From Candidatus Woesearchaeota archaeon (GTDB lineage: Archaea; Nanobdellota; Nanobdellia; Woesearchaeales; JAZDKJ01), in assembly GCA_043803105.1 (NCBI GenBank), contig JAZDKJ010000006.1, forward strand, positions 1 to 64,000: a stretch of 64,000 nt of DNA, read 5' to 3'. Within the stretch, counting starts at the first letter, position 1, and the number at the start of each line of letters is the position of its first letter. Both the position numbers and the translations under genes were made by a program. The notes below the pieces were generated by a model. It saw only the letters and a list, made by a program, of their open reading frames with translations, did not search any database and was not told the origin of the DNA. Below are positions 1 through 9,739 of this stretch, piece after piece.

Positions 1-180
1 ATTGCTGAGCGTAATTCAATGTGGGTTATGCTTGTAGTGCTTGCAATCGGTGTTGCCTACGAGTCAGCAAGAAGTGTAGTGCTTCAAAAGTTTACTGTTG
101 ACCCAGTTATAATCATTGCCTTGGTGATAGGTCTAGCTGTGAAGGCGATTTCAAACATATATCTTGACAGGAAGGATTGA
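1..180 (+). CDS. Partial (3' end) small membrane protein
   Basis: Frame 1 is open from base 1 to TGA at 178-180 and has two hydrophobic stretches; it directly precedes an HTH regulator. Confidence 0.65.
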   Translation: MAERNSMWVMLVVLAIGVAYESARSVVLQKFTVDPVIIIALVIGLAVKAISNIYLDRKD

Positions 181-182
181 TT

Positions 183-380
183 ATGAGAACCAAGATAGCA
201 TTTTACAGGAACAAGCTCAACATAACACAAGAGCAGCTTGGCCAGGCTGTTGATGTGACCAGACAGACCATAATCTCGCTTGAGCAGGGCAAATACAATC
301 CTTCCTTGCAGCTGGCCTACAAGATAACGAAAGCATTGAAGATGAGGAGCATTGAGGATGTTTTCATCCTAAAGGATTGA
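183..380 (+). CDS. Cro/XRE-family helix-turn-helix transcriptional regulator
   Basis: [32 protein letters not shown] is a typical XRE HTH signature; ATG at 183. Confidence 0.9.
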   Translation: MRTKIAFYRNKLNITQEQLGQAVDVTRQTIISLEQGKYNPSLQLAYKITKALKMRSIEDVFILKD

Positions 381-416
381 GTAAACTTAATAAGTAAATC
401 CTGCAAGCCTTACGTT

Positions 417-1139
417 ATGGTGAATAAGCTGTATTCAGGCCTTTCAAGAGTCTGTCACACCTTCTACAGGATGTATTTTCCGCATCAGAAGATTGCTGCA
501 ACGATTGACAATTATCTTAGGCAGTACAATTGCAACAATATTGTTTTCTTCGGAGGCTTGACCGATGTTGCCGTCCTCCTAAAGAAAAAAGGTTACAACT
601 TGACTTTTGTTGATTACACAAGCGAGATGGTGCATGAAGCCAAGAAAACCCTCAAGGGAGTCACTTTCAAAGTCTCTGACATGAGAAACCTCAATCTAAG
701 TCAAAAGCAGGATGCGATCATCCTAATGGGACGTATAATGACCTATATGTATACCGATAAAGACATGCTAAGAGCACTTGCTGCCTTCAAACGAAATCTA
801 AAGCCCGGTGGAATTCTATTGTTTGATAATTATGAGACCGGAAAAATCGACAAGGTCAATTATTTCCAAGGCACTATCAGATTATCTGACAAAACCCGTG
901 TGCTTCGTAGGGTCTCAACCATTCGGCAACTAAAGAAGCAACCTGCCTTGTACAATTGGGACTGTGTCTATGAAGAAAACATCAATGGCAAAAAAATATT
1001 GTACAAGGACCAAAATCATTTGCTCCGTGCTGTTACAAGAGAGGAAATAAAGTCCCTCGTAAACAAGTCTAGCCTCAAATTTATTAAGAACTCTCCAAAC
1101 TTTGAATCCCAGAGCTTCATCACTTTAGCCCAGAAATAA
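417..1139 (+). CDS. Class I SAM-dependent methyltransferase (degenerate motif I)
   Basis: VDYTSEMV, SDMRNL and LKPGGILLFD motifs. Confidence 0.75.
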   Translation: MVNKLYSGLSRVCHTFYRMYFPHQKIAATIDNYLRQYNCNNIVFFGGLTDVAVLLKKKGYNLTFVDYTSEMVHEAKKTLKGVTFKVSDMRNLNLSQKQDAIILMGRIMTYMYTDKDMLRALAAFKRNLKPGGILLFDNYETGKIDKVNYFQGTIRLSDKTRVLRRVSTIRQLKKQPALYNWDCVYEENINGKKILYKDQNHLLRAVTREEIKSLVNKSSLKFIKNSPNFESQSFITLAQK

Positions 1140-1191
1140 CCCAAAATTTATAAACAGATTCTCTGAAGTAATAAGAAAAAAGAGGTAGTGG

Positions 1192-2472
1192 ATGGATCCC
1201 TTAGCATTGAAGTTCATCACAGGTGCAGTTTTCATTCTTGTTTATGCGCTAATCATCAAGTGGTATGACCAGAAAGCCTGGATAATTGCTGGTGGTGTCG
1301 TCTTGCTTCTGTTTGCTGGCGCGGTAACAATAGGCTCAGCCTGGATAGCAATAAACTGGAATGTTATCGGCATTTATGTCGGAATGTTGTTCCTTTCCCA
1401 GGCGTTGATCGAGTCAAAGGTTGCTGATTACCTTGCTATTTGGGTTGTGAACAGGACAAAGCGTGTTAGCTTTGCCATGCTTGGTGTCTGCGCGATTGCA
1501 GGTATTCTCTCTGCTGTTCTCGAGAATGTTGCATGTGTTCTGATAGTGGCCCCGATTGCTTTTGTAATCGCAAAACGTCTAAAAATCAGCCCTGTATCAA
1601 TGATAATTGGTACTGCAGTCTGCTCTAATCTGCAGGGTGTTGCTACTCTTATAGGTGACCCTCCAAGCATGATCTTGGCTGTAGAAGCAAACATGAACTT
1701 TAATGACTTCTTTTTCTTCCAGGGTAAGCCAGGCCTTTTTTTCGCAGTTCAACTTGGCTTCATCGCAGGCCTTGCCTTCCTGTACTGGGTTTTTCGCAAG
1801 CATGACCATGCTGTTCAGCCTATCAAACAAATCCAGATTAAGAGCATGTTCCCTTTGACAATGCTCCTTGCCTTGGTGGTCTCGCTTGCTTTTGCCTCTT
1901 CGGCAAATAGGGGTATCAGCCTTGGTTTCATCTGCCTTTTCTTCGGCTTTGCTGCGCTTGTCTGGCTCCTGATGGAGCATAAGAAGAATGAGAAGATTGT
2001 CTGGCGTGAGGTCTTTGCCATGGACTGGGCCACTGCAGTATTTATTGTTTTTGTTTTTATCCTTGTTGATTCCCTCACAAGGACTGGCTTAATCTTTGAC
2101 CTTGCGAACTTGATTCTCGGCTTTACCGGCTCCAGCCTGCTTAGTGCCTTTATCCTGATAATCGTCTTTTCCCTCATCCTTTCAGCCTTCATTGACAATG
2201 TTCCTTATATCGTGGCTATGCTTGGTGTAACTCAGATTATTGCACAAAGGATTGATGCTTCCCCATACGTTTTGTACTTTGCTCTGCTCATCGCTACCTG
2301 CGTTGGAGGCAACATCACTCCTATTGGTGCCTCTGCAAACATTGTTGGGGTTGGCATGTTGAAGCATAGAGGCTTCAAGACCACTTTCTGGCAGTTTGTT
2401 GATATAGGTCTTCCTTTTACCATTATCTCTGTTGCTGTTTCTTGTGCTTTCATTTGGTTGATGTTTGGCTAA
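1192..2472 (+). CDS. ArsB/NhaD/CitMHS-family (IT superfamily) permease
   Basis: Many TM helices; ENVA/DNVP and GVATLIGDPP / GGNITPIGASAN repeats. Confidence 0.85.
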   Translation: MDPLALKFITGAVFILVYALIIKWYDQKAWIIAGGVVLLLFAGAVTIGSAWIAINWNVIGIYVGMLFLSQALIESKVADYLAIWVVNRTKRVSFAMLGVCAIAGILSAVLENVACVLIVAPIAFVIAKRLKISPVSMIIGTAVCSNLQGVATLIGDPPSMILAVEANMNFNDFFFFQGKPGLFFAVQLGFIAGLAFLYWVFRKHDHAVQPIKQIQIKSMFPLTMLLALVVSLAFASSANRGISLGFICLFFGFAALVWLLMEHKKNEKIVWREVFAMDWATAVFIVFVFILVDSLTRTGLIFDLANLILGFTGSSLLSAFILIIVFSLILSAFIDNVPYIVAMLGVTQIIAQRIDASPYVLYFALLIATCVGGNITPIGASANIVGVGMLKHRGFKTTFWQFVDIGLPFTIISVAVSCAFIWLMFG

Positions 2473-2504
2473 TATTTATATATCTTCAAAAGTTACCTTT
2501 CTAA

Positions 2505-5024
2505 ATGTTGCCAGATAAGCAAGTCAAGAAGGAATTCAAGGTTGAGGCTAGCAAGAATCCAGATAAGTATTATGCAACCTCTGTTTTGAAAGCTGAAGGC
2601 TTTATGCGTAAGCAATGCTCTTGCGGCACATTTTTCTGGACAGTCAATCCTGAGCAGAAGGTTTGCGGTGACCCTGCCTGCTCCGGTGGCTTTCGTTTTA
2701 TCGGCAATACTCCTGCCACAAAGAAGCTTGATTATGTTGGTGTCTGGAAAGAGTTCGCAAGGTTATTCTCAAAGTGGGGCTACACACCTATTAATCGTTA
2801 TCCTGTTGTTGCCAGGTGGCGTGATGACACTGATTTTGTTCAGGCATCGATTTACGACTTCCAGCCCTATGTTGTCTCAGGCGAGGTTGAGCCTCCTGCA
2901 AATCCCTTGGTTGTCCCGCAGATGTGCCTCAGGTTCAACGACATTGACAATATCGGCATCACAGGTGCTCATTACTGTGCTTTTGTAATGATAGGCCAGC
3001 ATGCTTTCATGCCTGAGGAGAAATGGTCTCAGCCAAGGTTCTTCACAGACATCCACAACTGGCTAAAGCAAGGTCTTGGCTTAAAGAATGAGGAGATAAC
3101 CTTTCACGAGGATGCCTGGGCTGGCGGCGGCAACTTTGGTCCTTGTATGGAATACTTTAGCCGCGGTCTTGAGCTTGGCAACCAGGTTTATATGATGTTT
3201 GAGCAGACTCCTTCAGGCAACAAGCCTCTAAAGCTTAAGGTTCTTGATATGGGCATGGGTCATGAGAGAAACGCATGGTTCACTCAGGGTCATTCCACCT
3301 CTTACGAGACAACCTTTCCAACAGTTGTAAAAAAGCTTTATCAAATCACTGGTTTAAGGCCAGACCCTAAGCTTGTAGCAAAATTTCTGCCCTATTCAAG
3401 TTATTTGAATGTTGATGAAGTTGACAATATTGACACAGCCTGGCAGAACGTGGCAAAGGGTGTTGGAGTTGATGTGCTGACTTTGAAAAAGACTATCATC
3501 CCGCTGGCAGCAATGTATTCTGTTGCCGAGCATGCAAGAGCTCTATTGGTTGCAATCTCTGACGGTGCATTGCCTAGCAATGTTGGTGGTGGCTATAATT
3601 TGAGGATTATCCTGAGGCGCGCCCTGGGATTTATTGACTCCTACGGCTGGAACATCGACCTGCCCGCAATTGCAAGGCTTCATGCTGATTATCTTAAGCC
3701 CTTGTTCCCTGAGCTTAGCGAAAACCTGAATGAGGTCTCAGAAATTTTGGACTTTGAAAAGAAAAAGTACATTGAAACCAGGGAGAAATCAAAAGTCCTG
3801 ATTTCACAGTCTGCGCAGTCTGATCTTGATGAGAAACAACTGCTTCAGCTTTATGATAGTCATGGCATTGCACCAGAAATGATTCGGGAAGAGGCTGAGC
3901 GCTTGGGCAAGAAGGTCGTAATTCCTGATAATTTCTACACAAAGGTTGCTCAGTTGCATGAAAAAGTTGAGCAGGAACATGCTACTGAGCGAAAAGAAAA
4001 GCTTGATCTCTCAGGCGTTCCCGATACTATCTTGCTGTACTTTGATGATTTTGAGAAGATTGGCTTCACTGCCAAAGTCTTGAAAGTCATTGGCAACAAT
4101 GTTTTACTTGACAAGACTGCTTTTTATCCCACCTCTGGCGGCCAGTTGCATGACCTGGGAAAATTGAACAATGTTCCTGTGCTTGACGTATTTAAGCAAG
4201 GTGCTGTTGTTGTTCATCTTGTTGCTGATCATGCAAAGTTCCATCTGGGTGAAAATGCTGAGGGCCAGATTGATTTTGAGAGGAGAAAGCAGCTTGCCCA
4301 GCACCATACTGCTACTCATATTGTGAATGCCGCAGCAAGAAAAGTCCTTGGCAAGCACATCAACCAGGCTGGTGCAAAGAAGACTGAGGAAAAGGCACAC
4401 CTTGACATAACTCATTACCAGCTCTTGACTGATGAAGAGGTGAAAAAGATAGAGTTTGAGGCAAATGAAATCATCAGTAAGCATTTTCCTGTCAGGTCAT
4501 TTTTCCTTTCGAGAAGCGATGCAGAGAAAAAGTATGGGATGGCAATCTATCAAGGCGGCGCAGTGCCAGGAAAGAGCATCCGAATTATTGAGATTCCGGG
4601 AATTGATGTTGAGGCTTGCGCCGGAACTCATCTTCATAACACCTCTGAGGCAGGGCAGATCAAGATACTCAAGACTTCCAAGGTCCAGGATGGCATAATC
4701 CGAATCACATTTGCTGCAGGCTCTGCAGTCAATCGTACAGCTGTTGAAGCCACTGATGTTCTGTCAGAGGCTGCTTCCATTCTCGGCTGCCCGCCTGATG
4801 TGGTTCCAACGAGAGCACAGGAATTGTTTGACAAATGGAAAGCAGCAAAAAAGAAAGTAAAAAAGGGAGAAAAGCTCTCACCAAATGATATCCAGCTTGT
4901 CTCAAACGAAAAGTATTCAGGTGACTCCTTGAAGCGCACTGCCGATATATTAAGGACTCAGCCGCAGTTCATTGTGAACACCATCAAGAAGTTCAAGAAT
5001 GAGCTTGATGCTCTTCAGAGTTAG
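2505..5024 (+). CDS. alaS: Alanine--tRNA ligase, archaeal type
   Basis: RYPVVARWRDD, ASIYDFQP, WAGGGNFGP, and editing-domain HHTATH and EACAGTH. Confidence 0.97.
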   Translation: MLPDKQVKKEFKVEASKNPDKYYATSVLKAEGFMRKQCSCGTFFWTVNPEQKVCGDPACSGGFRFIGNTPATKKLDYVGVWKEFARLFSKWGYTPINRYPVVARWRDDTDFVQASIYDFQPYVVSGEVEPPANPLVVPQMCLRFNDIDNIGITGAHYCAFVMIGQHAFMPEEKWSQPRFFTDIHNWLKQGLGLKNEEITFHEDAWAGGGNFGPCMEYFSRGLELGNQVYMMFEQTPSGNKPLKLKVLDMGMGHERNAWFTQGHSTSYETTFPTVVKKLYQITGLRPDPKLVAKFLPYSSYLNVDEVDNIDTAWQNVAKGVGVDVLTLKKTIIPLAAMYSVAEHARALLVAISDGALPSNVGGGYNLRIILRRALGFIDSYGWNIDLPAIARLHADYLKPLFPELSENLNEVSEILDFEKKKYIETREKSKVLISQSAQSDLDEKQLLQLYDSHGIAPEMIREEAERLGKKVVIPDNFYTKVAQLHEKVEQEHATERKEKLDLSGVPDTILLYFDDFEKIGFTAKVLKVIGNNVLLDKTAFYPTSGGQLHDLGKLNNVPVLDVFKQGAVVVHLVADHAKFHLGENAEGQIDFERRKQLAQHHTATHIVNAAARKVLGKHINQAGAKKTEEKAHLDITHYQLLTDEEVKKIEFEANEIISKHFPVRSFFLSRSDAEKKYGMAIYQGGAVPGKSIRIIEIPGIDVEACAGTHLHNTSEAGQIKILKTSKVQDGIIRITFAAGSAVNRTAVEATDVLSEAASILGCPPDVVPTRAQELFDKWKAAKKKVKKGEKLSPNDIQLVSNEKYSGDSLKRTADILRTQPQFIVNTIKKFKNELDALQS

Positions 5025-5117
5025 GCTAAGGGCATTGTTCATGAAGTTTCTTTCTAAAGATTGCATTGTATCCCCTGTTGAATAAAAATTGTAAAGCCCA
5101 TCAAACAAAAAAAGTGA

Positions 5118-5858
5118 TCAAACTCTGTGTTTACGAACCCTCGCGACCACAATCAAATGCGAGCACCAAGAAGGCACTACATTGCCCAAGGCCGAAGCAG
5201 CACGTTTTAAAAATCTCGGCACAAAGCGCGAAGTCATTGGAAAAGGAAAATTTGGCGCGACTAATTCCAAAACTTCAAAACCCTGTTCATCAAGCTGGTG
5301 GCAAAGCGTATCTGCAGTATAAGCAGAAACATGGCCTGTGGCGGGTCTGAACTCCGGCACGAGCTCAGGATACTTGCCTAGAAGCAAGCGAAGCCGGTTC
5401 TTTAGCGAAGCCAAGTTCGGTGTGGACAAAACCAAAAAACCGCCAGGCCGCAGCACGCGGCGCACCTCAGACAAAAAAAAGTCAGTATCAAACAAATGCT
5501 CCACGACCTCGCAAGCTACAACCAAATCAAACGAGTGTTTTGCCATAGGAAAACTTTTTTCTAGATCATGCTGAAAAGCAACAATGCCTTTCTTGCGGGC
5601 AGACCTCACCGCATCGCGCGAAATATCTAAACCATACATTTGCAGGCCGAAAGCATCCTCAAGCGATACAGAGAAAGAACCATCTGCACAGCCAAGCTCA
5701 AGACTGTCTTTAATTGATTTGCGCGGCAAAGCTGCAATAAGATCAAAAACCTTGTGAAGATAAAACTTGCTGGGGGAAACTGCAACATAGCGAGCATATT
5801 TTTGCCTTTGAAAATCAGCAAGGTTCAAGTTTCCAACTCTTCGGAATGCTTTTGCCAT
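5118..5858 (-). CDS. Class I SAM-dependent methyltransferase (type 11-like)
   Basis: LELGCADG motif I, FDLVVACEVVEH, VLRPGG. Confidence 0.88.
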   Translation of the reverse strand: MAKAFRRVGNLNLADFQRQKYARYVAVSPSKFYLHKVFDLIAALPRKSIKDSLELGCADGSFSVSLEDAFGLQMYGLDISRDAVRSARKKGIVAFQHDLEKSFPMAKHSFDLVVACEVVEHLFDTDFFLSEVRRVLRPGGFLVLSTPNLASLKNRLRLLLGKYPELVPEFRPATGHVSAYTADTLCHQLDEQGFEVLELVAPNFPFPMTSRFVPRFLKRAASALGNVVPSWCSHLIVVARVRKHRV

Positions 5859-6123
5859 TTACCATCCTTGCTAACTCGAGTTATCACTTTCTTTAAAAAA
5901 TCAGCGCGATCCATCCAGCCTGCGAGATGCGGCAGAGCCAAGGCAATGTTGAGGTTATGAAAGCGAAAAAAAGTTTGCAAGTGGGATAACAGCTTAAGGT
6001 CAGCTATGCATACATTGTGTGGTTGTTTGGGCATTGACACAACCGAGCGGCAACCAGTATTTATAATTCTTTCCTCCTTTAACATCGCAACCTTTTTATA
6101 ACCATTCTTTTAAGGCTTCCTAT

Positions 6124-6522
6124 ATGCAGGTTTTTGCCGAACAGGTTATTAGGTTGTTGCTTGCAGCAGCACTAAGCAGTTTGATTGGCCTTGAGCGTGA
6201 GAAAAGCCACAAGCCTGCTGGTTTGCGCACTCACGTTCTTGTCTGCCTTGGTGCTACCTTGGCAACCCTTGTAGGAGTATACTATTTTACTGCTGACGGA
6301 GGCAAGATTGTCCAGGGCATAATAACAGGCATTGGCTTTTTGGGTGCAGGCGCAATTATATGGTCCAAGAACAGTGTTCATGGCCTGACCACAGCAGCCA
6401 GTATATGGCTTGTCGCTGTGTTGGGTGTTGCAGTTGGCGTTGGCTTCTATTGGCTCTCAGTCTTCTTTGTGCTTCTTGTCCTTCTGCTTCTAAGAGTAAA
6501 GCGCATTGAAAGGAAACTCTAG
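6124..6522 (+). CDS. MgtC/SapB family membrane protein
   Basis: IGLERE, AGLRTH, GIGFLGAG, GLTTAASIW. Confidence 0.93.
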   Translation: MQVFAEQVIRLLLAAALSSLIGLEREKSHKPAGLRTHVLVCLGATLATLVGVYYFTADGGKIVQGIITGIGFLGAGAIIWSKNSVHGLTTAASIWLVAVLGVAVGVGFYWLSVFFVLLVLLLLRVKRIERKL

Positions 6523-6598
6523 CACTTTCACTGGACATTTGGCAGCAGCCTATTTAAGCATCTTCTGCCAAGTATTCTGCATCAAAGAGGTGATGATT

Positions 6599-6676
6599 AT
6601 GGACCTTTCGAACGACACAATACAGGAGCTGTTTTTTGAGCAGATACGTGATTTAACCAGAAAAAGCCAGGGGTGA
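6599..6676 (+). CDS. Putative 25-aa micro-protein MDLSNDTIQELFFEQIRDLTRKSQG
   Basis: SD GAGGTGA at 6587-6593, TATA-like TATTTAAG at 6551; its stop lies within the next SD (GGGGTGA). Too short for the ORF track. Confidence 0.45.
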   Translation: MDLSNDTIQELFFEQIRDLTRKSQG

Positions 6677-6682
6677 ACCAAG

Positions 6683-6781
6683 ATGGACATGTATAATGAG
6701 GACTATGTCGAAGATTCGATGGACAGTGATATGATTTCCGATGCCGAAGAGGGTTTCATGCTTGGTTACCTTGCTGCGTAG
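6683..6781 (+). CDS. 32-aa acidic micro-protein MDMYNEDYVEDSMDSDMISDAEEGFMLGYLAA
   Basis: SD GGGGTGA ending at 6676; the C-terminal EGFMLGYLAA* is repeated downstream with synonymous-only changes, which supports coding. Confidence 0.65.
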   Translation: MDMYNEDYVEDSMDSDMISDAEEGFMLGYLAA

Positions 6782-6932
6782 TTGTTTCGCGCTAGCGAAA
6801 CGTGCCCTTTATGGGCACTTATGTGCTCACAAACTTAACAAGTTTGTGGCATGCCACAGAACTTTGTTCTGTGAGCATTCCCAGGGTACATTTACGCTGG
6901 AGGGCTTCATGCTCGGCTACTTGGCTGCATAA
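6749..6932 (+). repeat. Imperfect 33-nt direct repeat (6749-6781 / 6900-6932) flanking a 118-nt cluster of four hairpins
   Basis: GAGGGTTTCATGCTTGGTTACCTTGCTGCGTAG vs GAGGGCTTCATGCTCGGCTACTTGGCTGCATAA; hairpins GTTTCGC/GCGAAAC, GTGCCC/GGGCAC, CACAAACTT/AAGTTTGTG, CACAGAAC/GTTCTGTG. Confidence 0.85.
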
Positions 6933-6994
6933 TTTTTTTTCTTGTTACTATTCTTACACAAAGTATTTATAATATTAGGTCTTCCCTGTCTTTG

Positions 6995-7564
6995 ATGCAG
7001 GTCTTTACAAAAGAGGAGATTGAGCGCAGGAAAGAGTCCTTGTTCAAGAAAATTGCCCAAGGTGCGATCTTTATTTATCCTACAGATACTGTTTACGGTA
7101 TAGGTTGCAGTGCCTTGAACGACAGGGCTGTTTTGAAGGTGCGTAAAATAAAAAAGCGCGCTGACAAGCATTTCTCTGTCATTGTTCCGTCCAAGCAATG
7201 GATTAAAGACAACTGTGTAATAGACTCTAGGGTCACTGATTATTTGAAGAAACTTCCTGGTCCTTATACTCTTATTATGAATGAGAAGGCAAGGAAGGCT
7301 GTTGCAAAGTCAGTGAATTTTGGTAAGGCTACCTTAGGTATAAGAATTCCAAAGCACTGGATTTCAACTTTTGTTAGCGAACTTGGCATACCAATAATTA
7401 CACCTTCTGCCAACATTAGCGGCAAAGAGGTAATGACCTCGATTGATGACCTTGATTCTGAGATAAGGGCAAAGGTTGACTTTATGTTGGACGAAGGAGT
7501 TCTCAAGGGAAATCCATCCAACATTATTGACCTCACAGGCAAAAAGCCAGTCGTGCTGCGTTAA
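6995..7564 (+). CDS. Threonylcarbamoyl-AMP synthase (Sua5/YrdC/TsaC family)
   Basis: YPTDTVYGIGC, KKR, LPGPYT, SANISG. Confidence 0.93.
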   Translation: MQVFTKEEIERRKESLFKKIAQGAIFIYPTDTVYGIGCSALNDRAVLKVRKIKKRADKHFSVIVPSKQWIKDNCVIDSRVTDYLKKLPGPYTLIMNEKARKAVAKSVNFGKATLGIRIPKHWISTFVSELGIPIITPSANISGKEVMTSIDDLDSEIRAKVDFMLDEGVLKGNPSNIIDLTGKKPVVLR

Positions 7565-7604
7565 CCGACAGATTTTTCAGCTAGTTCATCTTATTGTGTT
7601 GATT

Positions 7605-8153
7605 ATGCGATTGGCATTTGTTTTTTTACTCTTGCTGCTTGCAGGATGCACGAATCCTGTAAAAAAGGATGCGGTGGCCAATCCGGTCAAAAAAGATGTA
7701 GGGGTGGTTGATATGGTTAAGTTCGAGTTAAAAAGTCCCGTTTTTGAAAATAATGGTTTGATTCCTTCGAAGTACACCTGTGACGGTGCAGACATTAATC
7801 CTCCTCTTGAGTTTTCAGGCCTTCCTGATAAGGCAAAAAGCCTAGTCTTGATTGTGGATGACCCTGATGCTCCCTCTGCCACATGGGATCATTGGGTTGT
7901 CTTCGACATTCCTGTTAAGGCCGAGATTGAAGAAGACTCTGTTCCTGGAACAGAGGGGTTGAACAGTTTCAGGAAGCACTCTTGGGGCGGTCCTTGCCCG
8001 CCCTCAGGTACTCACAGGTATTTCTTCAAGGTGTATGCACTGGATATAGAATTGGCACTCTCAGGGAACTCCACTAAGGCTGCTGTTGAGCATGCAATGA
8101 AAGGTCATGTTCTTGCAAATGCGCAACTGATTGGTTTGTATAAGAGAAAATAG
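7605..8153 (+). CDS. YbhB/YbcL (PEBP/Raf kinase inhibitor-like) protein with lipobox-like N-terminus
   Basis: DDPDAP, WDHWV, GPCPPSGTHRYFF; LLAGC lipobox after ATG 7605. Confidence 0.9.
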   Translation: MRLAFVFLLLLLAGCTNPVKKDAVANPVKKDVGVVDMVKFELKSPVFENNGLIPSKYTCDGADINPPLEFSGLPDKAKSLVLIVDDPDAPSATWDHWVVFDIPVKAEIEEDSVPGTEGLNSFRKHSWGGPCPPSGTHRYFFKVYALDIELALSGNSTKAAVEHAMKGHVLANAQLIGLYKRK

Positions 8154-8190
8154 GCAAGTTTTTTATACACTCTTTGCTTTATTACTCTTT

Positions 8191-8793
8191 ATGAGAATCC
8201 TTGCTGCTGGTGATATTCACGGCGATACTGGCCTCGCTGAAAAGCTTGCCCAGAAAGCATTTAAGGAAAATGTCGACCTGGTCATCCTTTGCGGCGATAT
8301 AACCCGCTTTGACGAGAGCACCGCCAACCTCATTGGTCCGTTTGTAAAGAGAAAGAAAAAGGTTCTCTTCGTCCCAGGCAATCATGAGAGCTTTGCTACT
8401 GCAGATTTTCTCGCACAGGTTTACGGCGTCAAGAACATTCACGGCTATTCTGTCAAGTACGGTGACGTAGGCCTTTTTGGCTGTGGCGGGGCAAACATTG
8501 GAATCGAGCAGCTTGACGAGAAAGAAATTTATGGATTGCTCAAGCAAGGCTTTGATAAGATTAAGGACCTGAAGCGCAAGATCATGGTCACTCATGTGCA
8601 TCCCTCCCAGAGTAAGATGGAGCGCTTCACAGATTTTTTTCCAGGAAGCGAAGGAGTAAGAAAAGCTATTGATCGGTTCAAGCCTGACCTCTTGCTCTGC
8701 AGCCATGTTCACGAGGCAGAAGGCATTGAAGAGAAGGTTGGCAACACAACAGTGATTAATGTTGGTAAGTCTGGAAAAATCATTGATATCTGA
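8191..8793 (+). CDS. Calcineurin-like metallophosphoesterase
   Basis: GDIHG, CGD, PGNHE, SHVHE. Confidence 0.92.
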   Translation: MRILAAGDIHGDTGLAEKLAQKAFKENVDLVILCGDITRFDESTANLIGPFVKRKKKVLFVPGNHESFATADFLAQVYGVKNIHGYSVKYGDVGLFGCGGANIGIEQLDEKEIYGLLKQGFDKIKDLKRKIMVTHVHPSQSKMERFTDFFPGSEGVRKAIDRFKPDLLLCSHVHEAEGIEEKVGNTTVINVGKSGKIIDI

Positions 8794-9161
8794 TGCGCTT
8801 AGGACCTTGGCAGGAGATCGGAAACTTTTTTGTCGGCAAAGAAGAACATCAAGATGACCCTTTACCTTCATTGCCTGACATCTCCAAGCTTGTGGAAAAG
8901 GCATCCAATGCTATAGAGGACAGGGTATCAGGCTCACTTCAAACCATAATCCCAAAGCAGGTTCCGCATTGGCTAAAGTACGGATACTTTGTGGTCAAGC
9001 CAATTGTTGACGGCTTTGACTATATGGATAAGCTTGTTCTGGACAGCTATCCGAAGGTAAAGCCGCGTTTGAGAAAGTGGCAGAAAGAGGTAAATCCTGC
9101 TCTAAAACAAATTAAAGCTAAGATACGGGAGTGGTATATCCCTTTAAAATACATTCAGTAA
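8793..9161 (+). CDS. Hypothetical protein
   Basis: 122-aa ORF whose ATG overlaps the upstream stop. Confidence 0.55.
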   Translation: MRLGPWQEIGNFFVGKEEHQDDPLPSLPDISKLVEKASNAIEDRVSGSLQTIIPKQVPHWLKYGYFVVKPIVDGFDYMDKLVLDSYPKVKPRLRKWQKEVNPALKQIKAKIREWYIPLKYIQ

Positions 9162-9168
9162 AGATTTT

Positions 9169-9423
9169 CTAACCGTACTTGAGTTTTAAGCCGAGCAATA
9201 TCCCAGAAAGTATGAGTATGGCTGCGTTTGACAAGCTTATTGGAAGGCTGCTGATAAGCAGACCGTAGATTAACCAAAGGATTGCACCAATAAAAACTAT
9301 ACCGAGCAATCCAAACGACAAATCCTTTGTTGACCTTGTTCTAAATGCCCTGACCACTTGAGGAATCCATGCTGAGGTAGTGATGATTCCTGCACTCAAC
9401 CCTAATAATTCGACATAGTCCAT
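9169..9423 (-). CDS. SemiSWEET / PQ-loop transporter
   Basis: MDYVELLG..WIPQVVRAFRTRSTKDLS..WLIYG; likely start is ATG 9423. Confidence 0.88.
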   Translation of the reverse strand: MDYVELLGLSAGIITTSAWIPQVVRAFRTRSTKDLSFGLLGIVFIGAILWLIYGLLISSLPISLSNAAILILSGILLGLKLKYG

Positions 9424-9427
9424 TTTC

Positions 9428-9652
9428 TCAATCCATAAACTTAAATCCAGGTGCCTTCTTCCCGTTAAACTCCACTTTCTCCAGACACATTTTCTTTGGT
9501 CTGACCCAAAGCGCTTTATTGCCAAACTTAGGGTCATCATACTCTGCCTGGTAGACAACCATCTCTTCAAGAGTCTCGCTGTGCCGCCCTACCCCGATTA
9601 CCTTGTAGAATTTTCCTTTGAAGTGCTGATATCTTCCTGTCTTGAATTCCAT
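9428..9652 (-). CDS. DUF1653 family protein
   Basis: YQHFKGKFYKVI, HSETLEEMVVYQ, LWVRP. Confidence 0.88.
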   Translation of the reverse strand: MEFKTGRYQHFKGKFYKVIGVGRHSETLEEMVVYQAEYDDPKFGNKALWVRPKKMCLEKVEFNGKKAPGFKFMD

Positions 9653-9739
9653 TTTCTTCTTTAAAATGGTTTTTGCTTATATATTTTTAGCAAAACTTTA
9701 AAAGCAACGAAAGCATTTTCTCCAAACAAGTGAATCAAA

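Noticed and set aside
5825-6085. 86-aa minus-strand ORF or RNA gene between the methyltransferase and mgtC-like genes
   Set aside because: No recognisable motif or cloverleaf, and it overlaps the methyltransferase start; support is insufficient.
6749-6932. DGR template/variable repeat pair
   Set aside because: The repeat is only 33 nt, the differences are synonymous and not adenine-specific, and there is no reverse transcriptase in the window.
6741-6932. 63-aa ORF in the track as a real gene
   Set aside because: It starts out of frame inside the 32-aa ORF and runs through palindromic DNA; only its last 10 codons look coding.
7650-7710. NPVKKD tandem duplication in the YbhB-like gene
   Set aside because: It is a two-copy linker duplication, not an array or mobile element.
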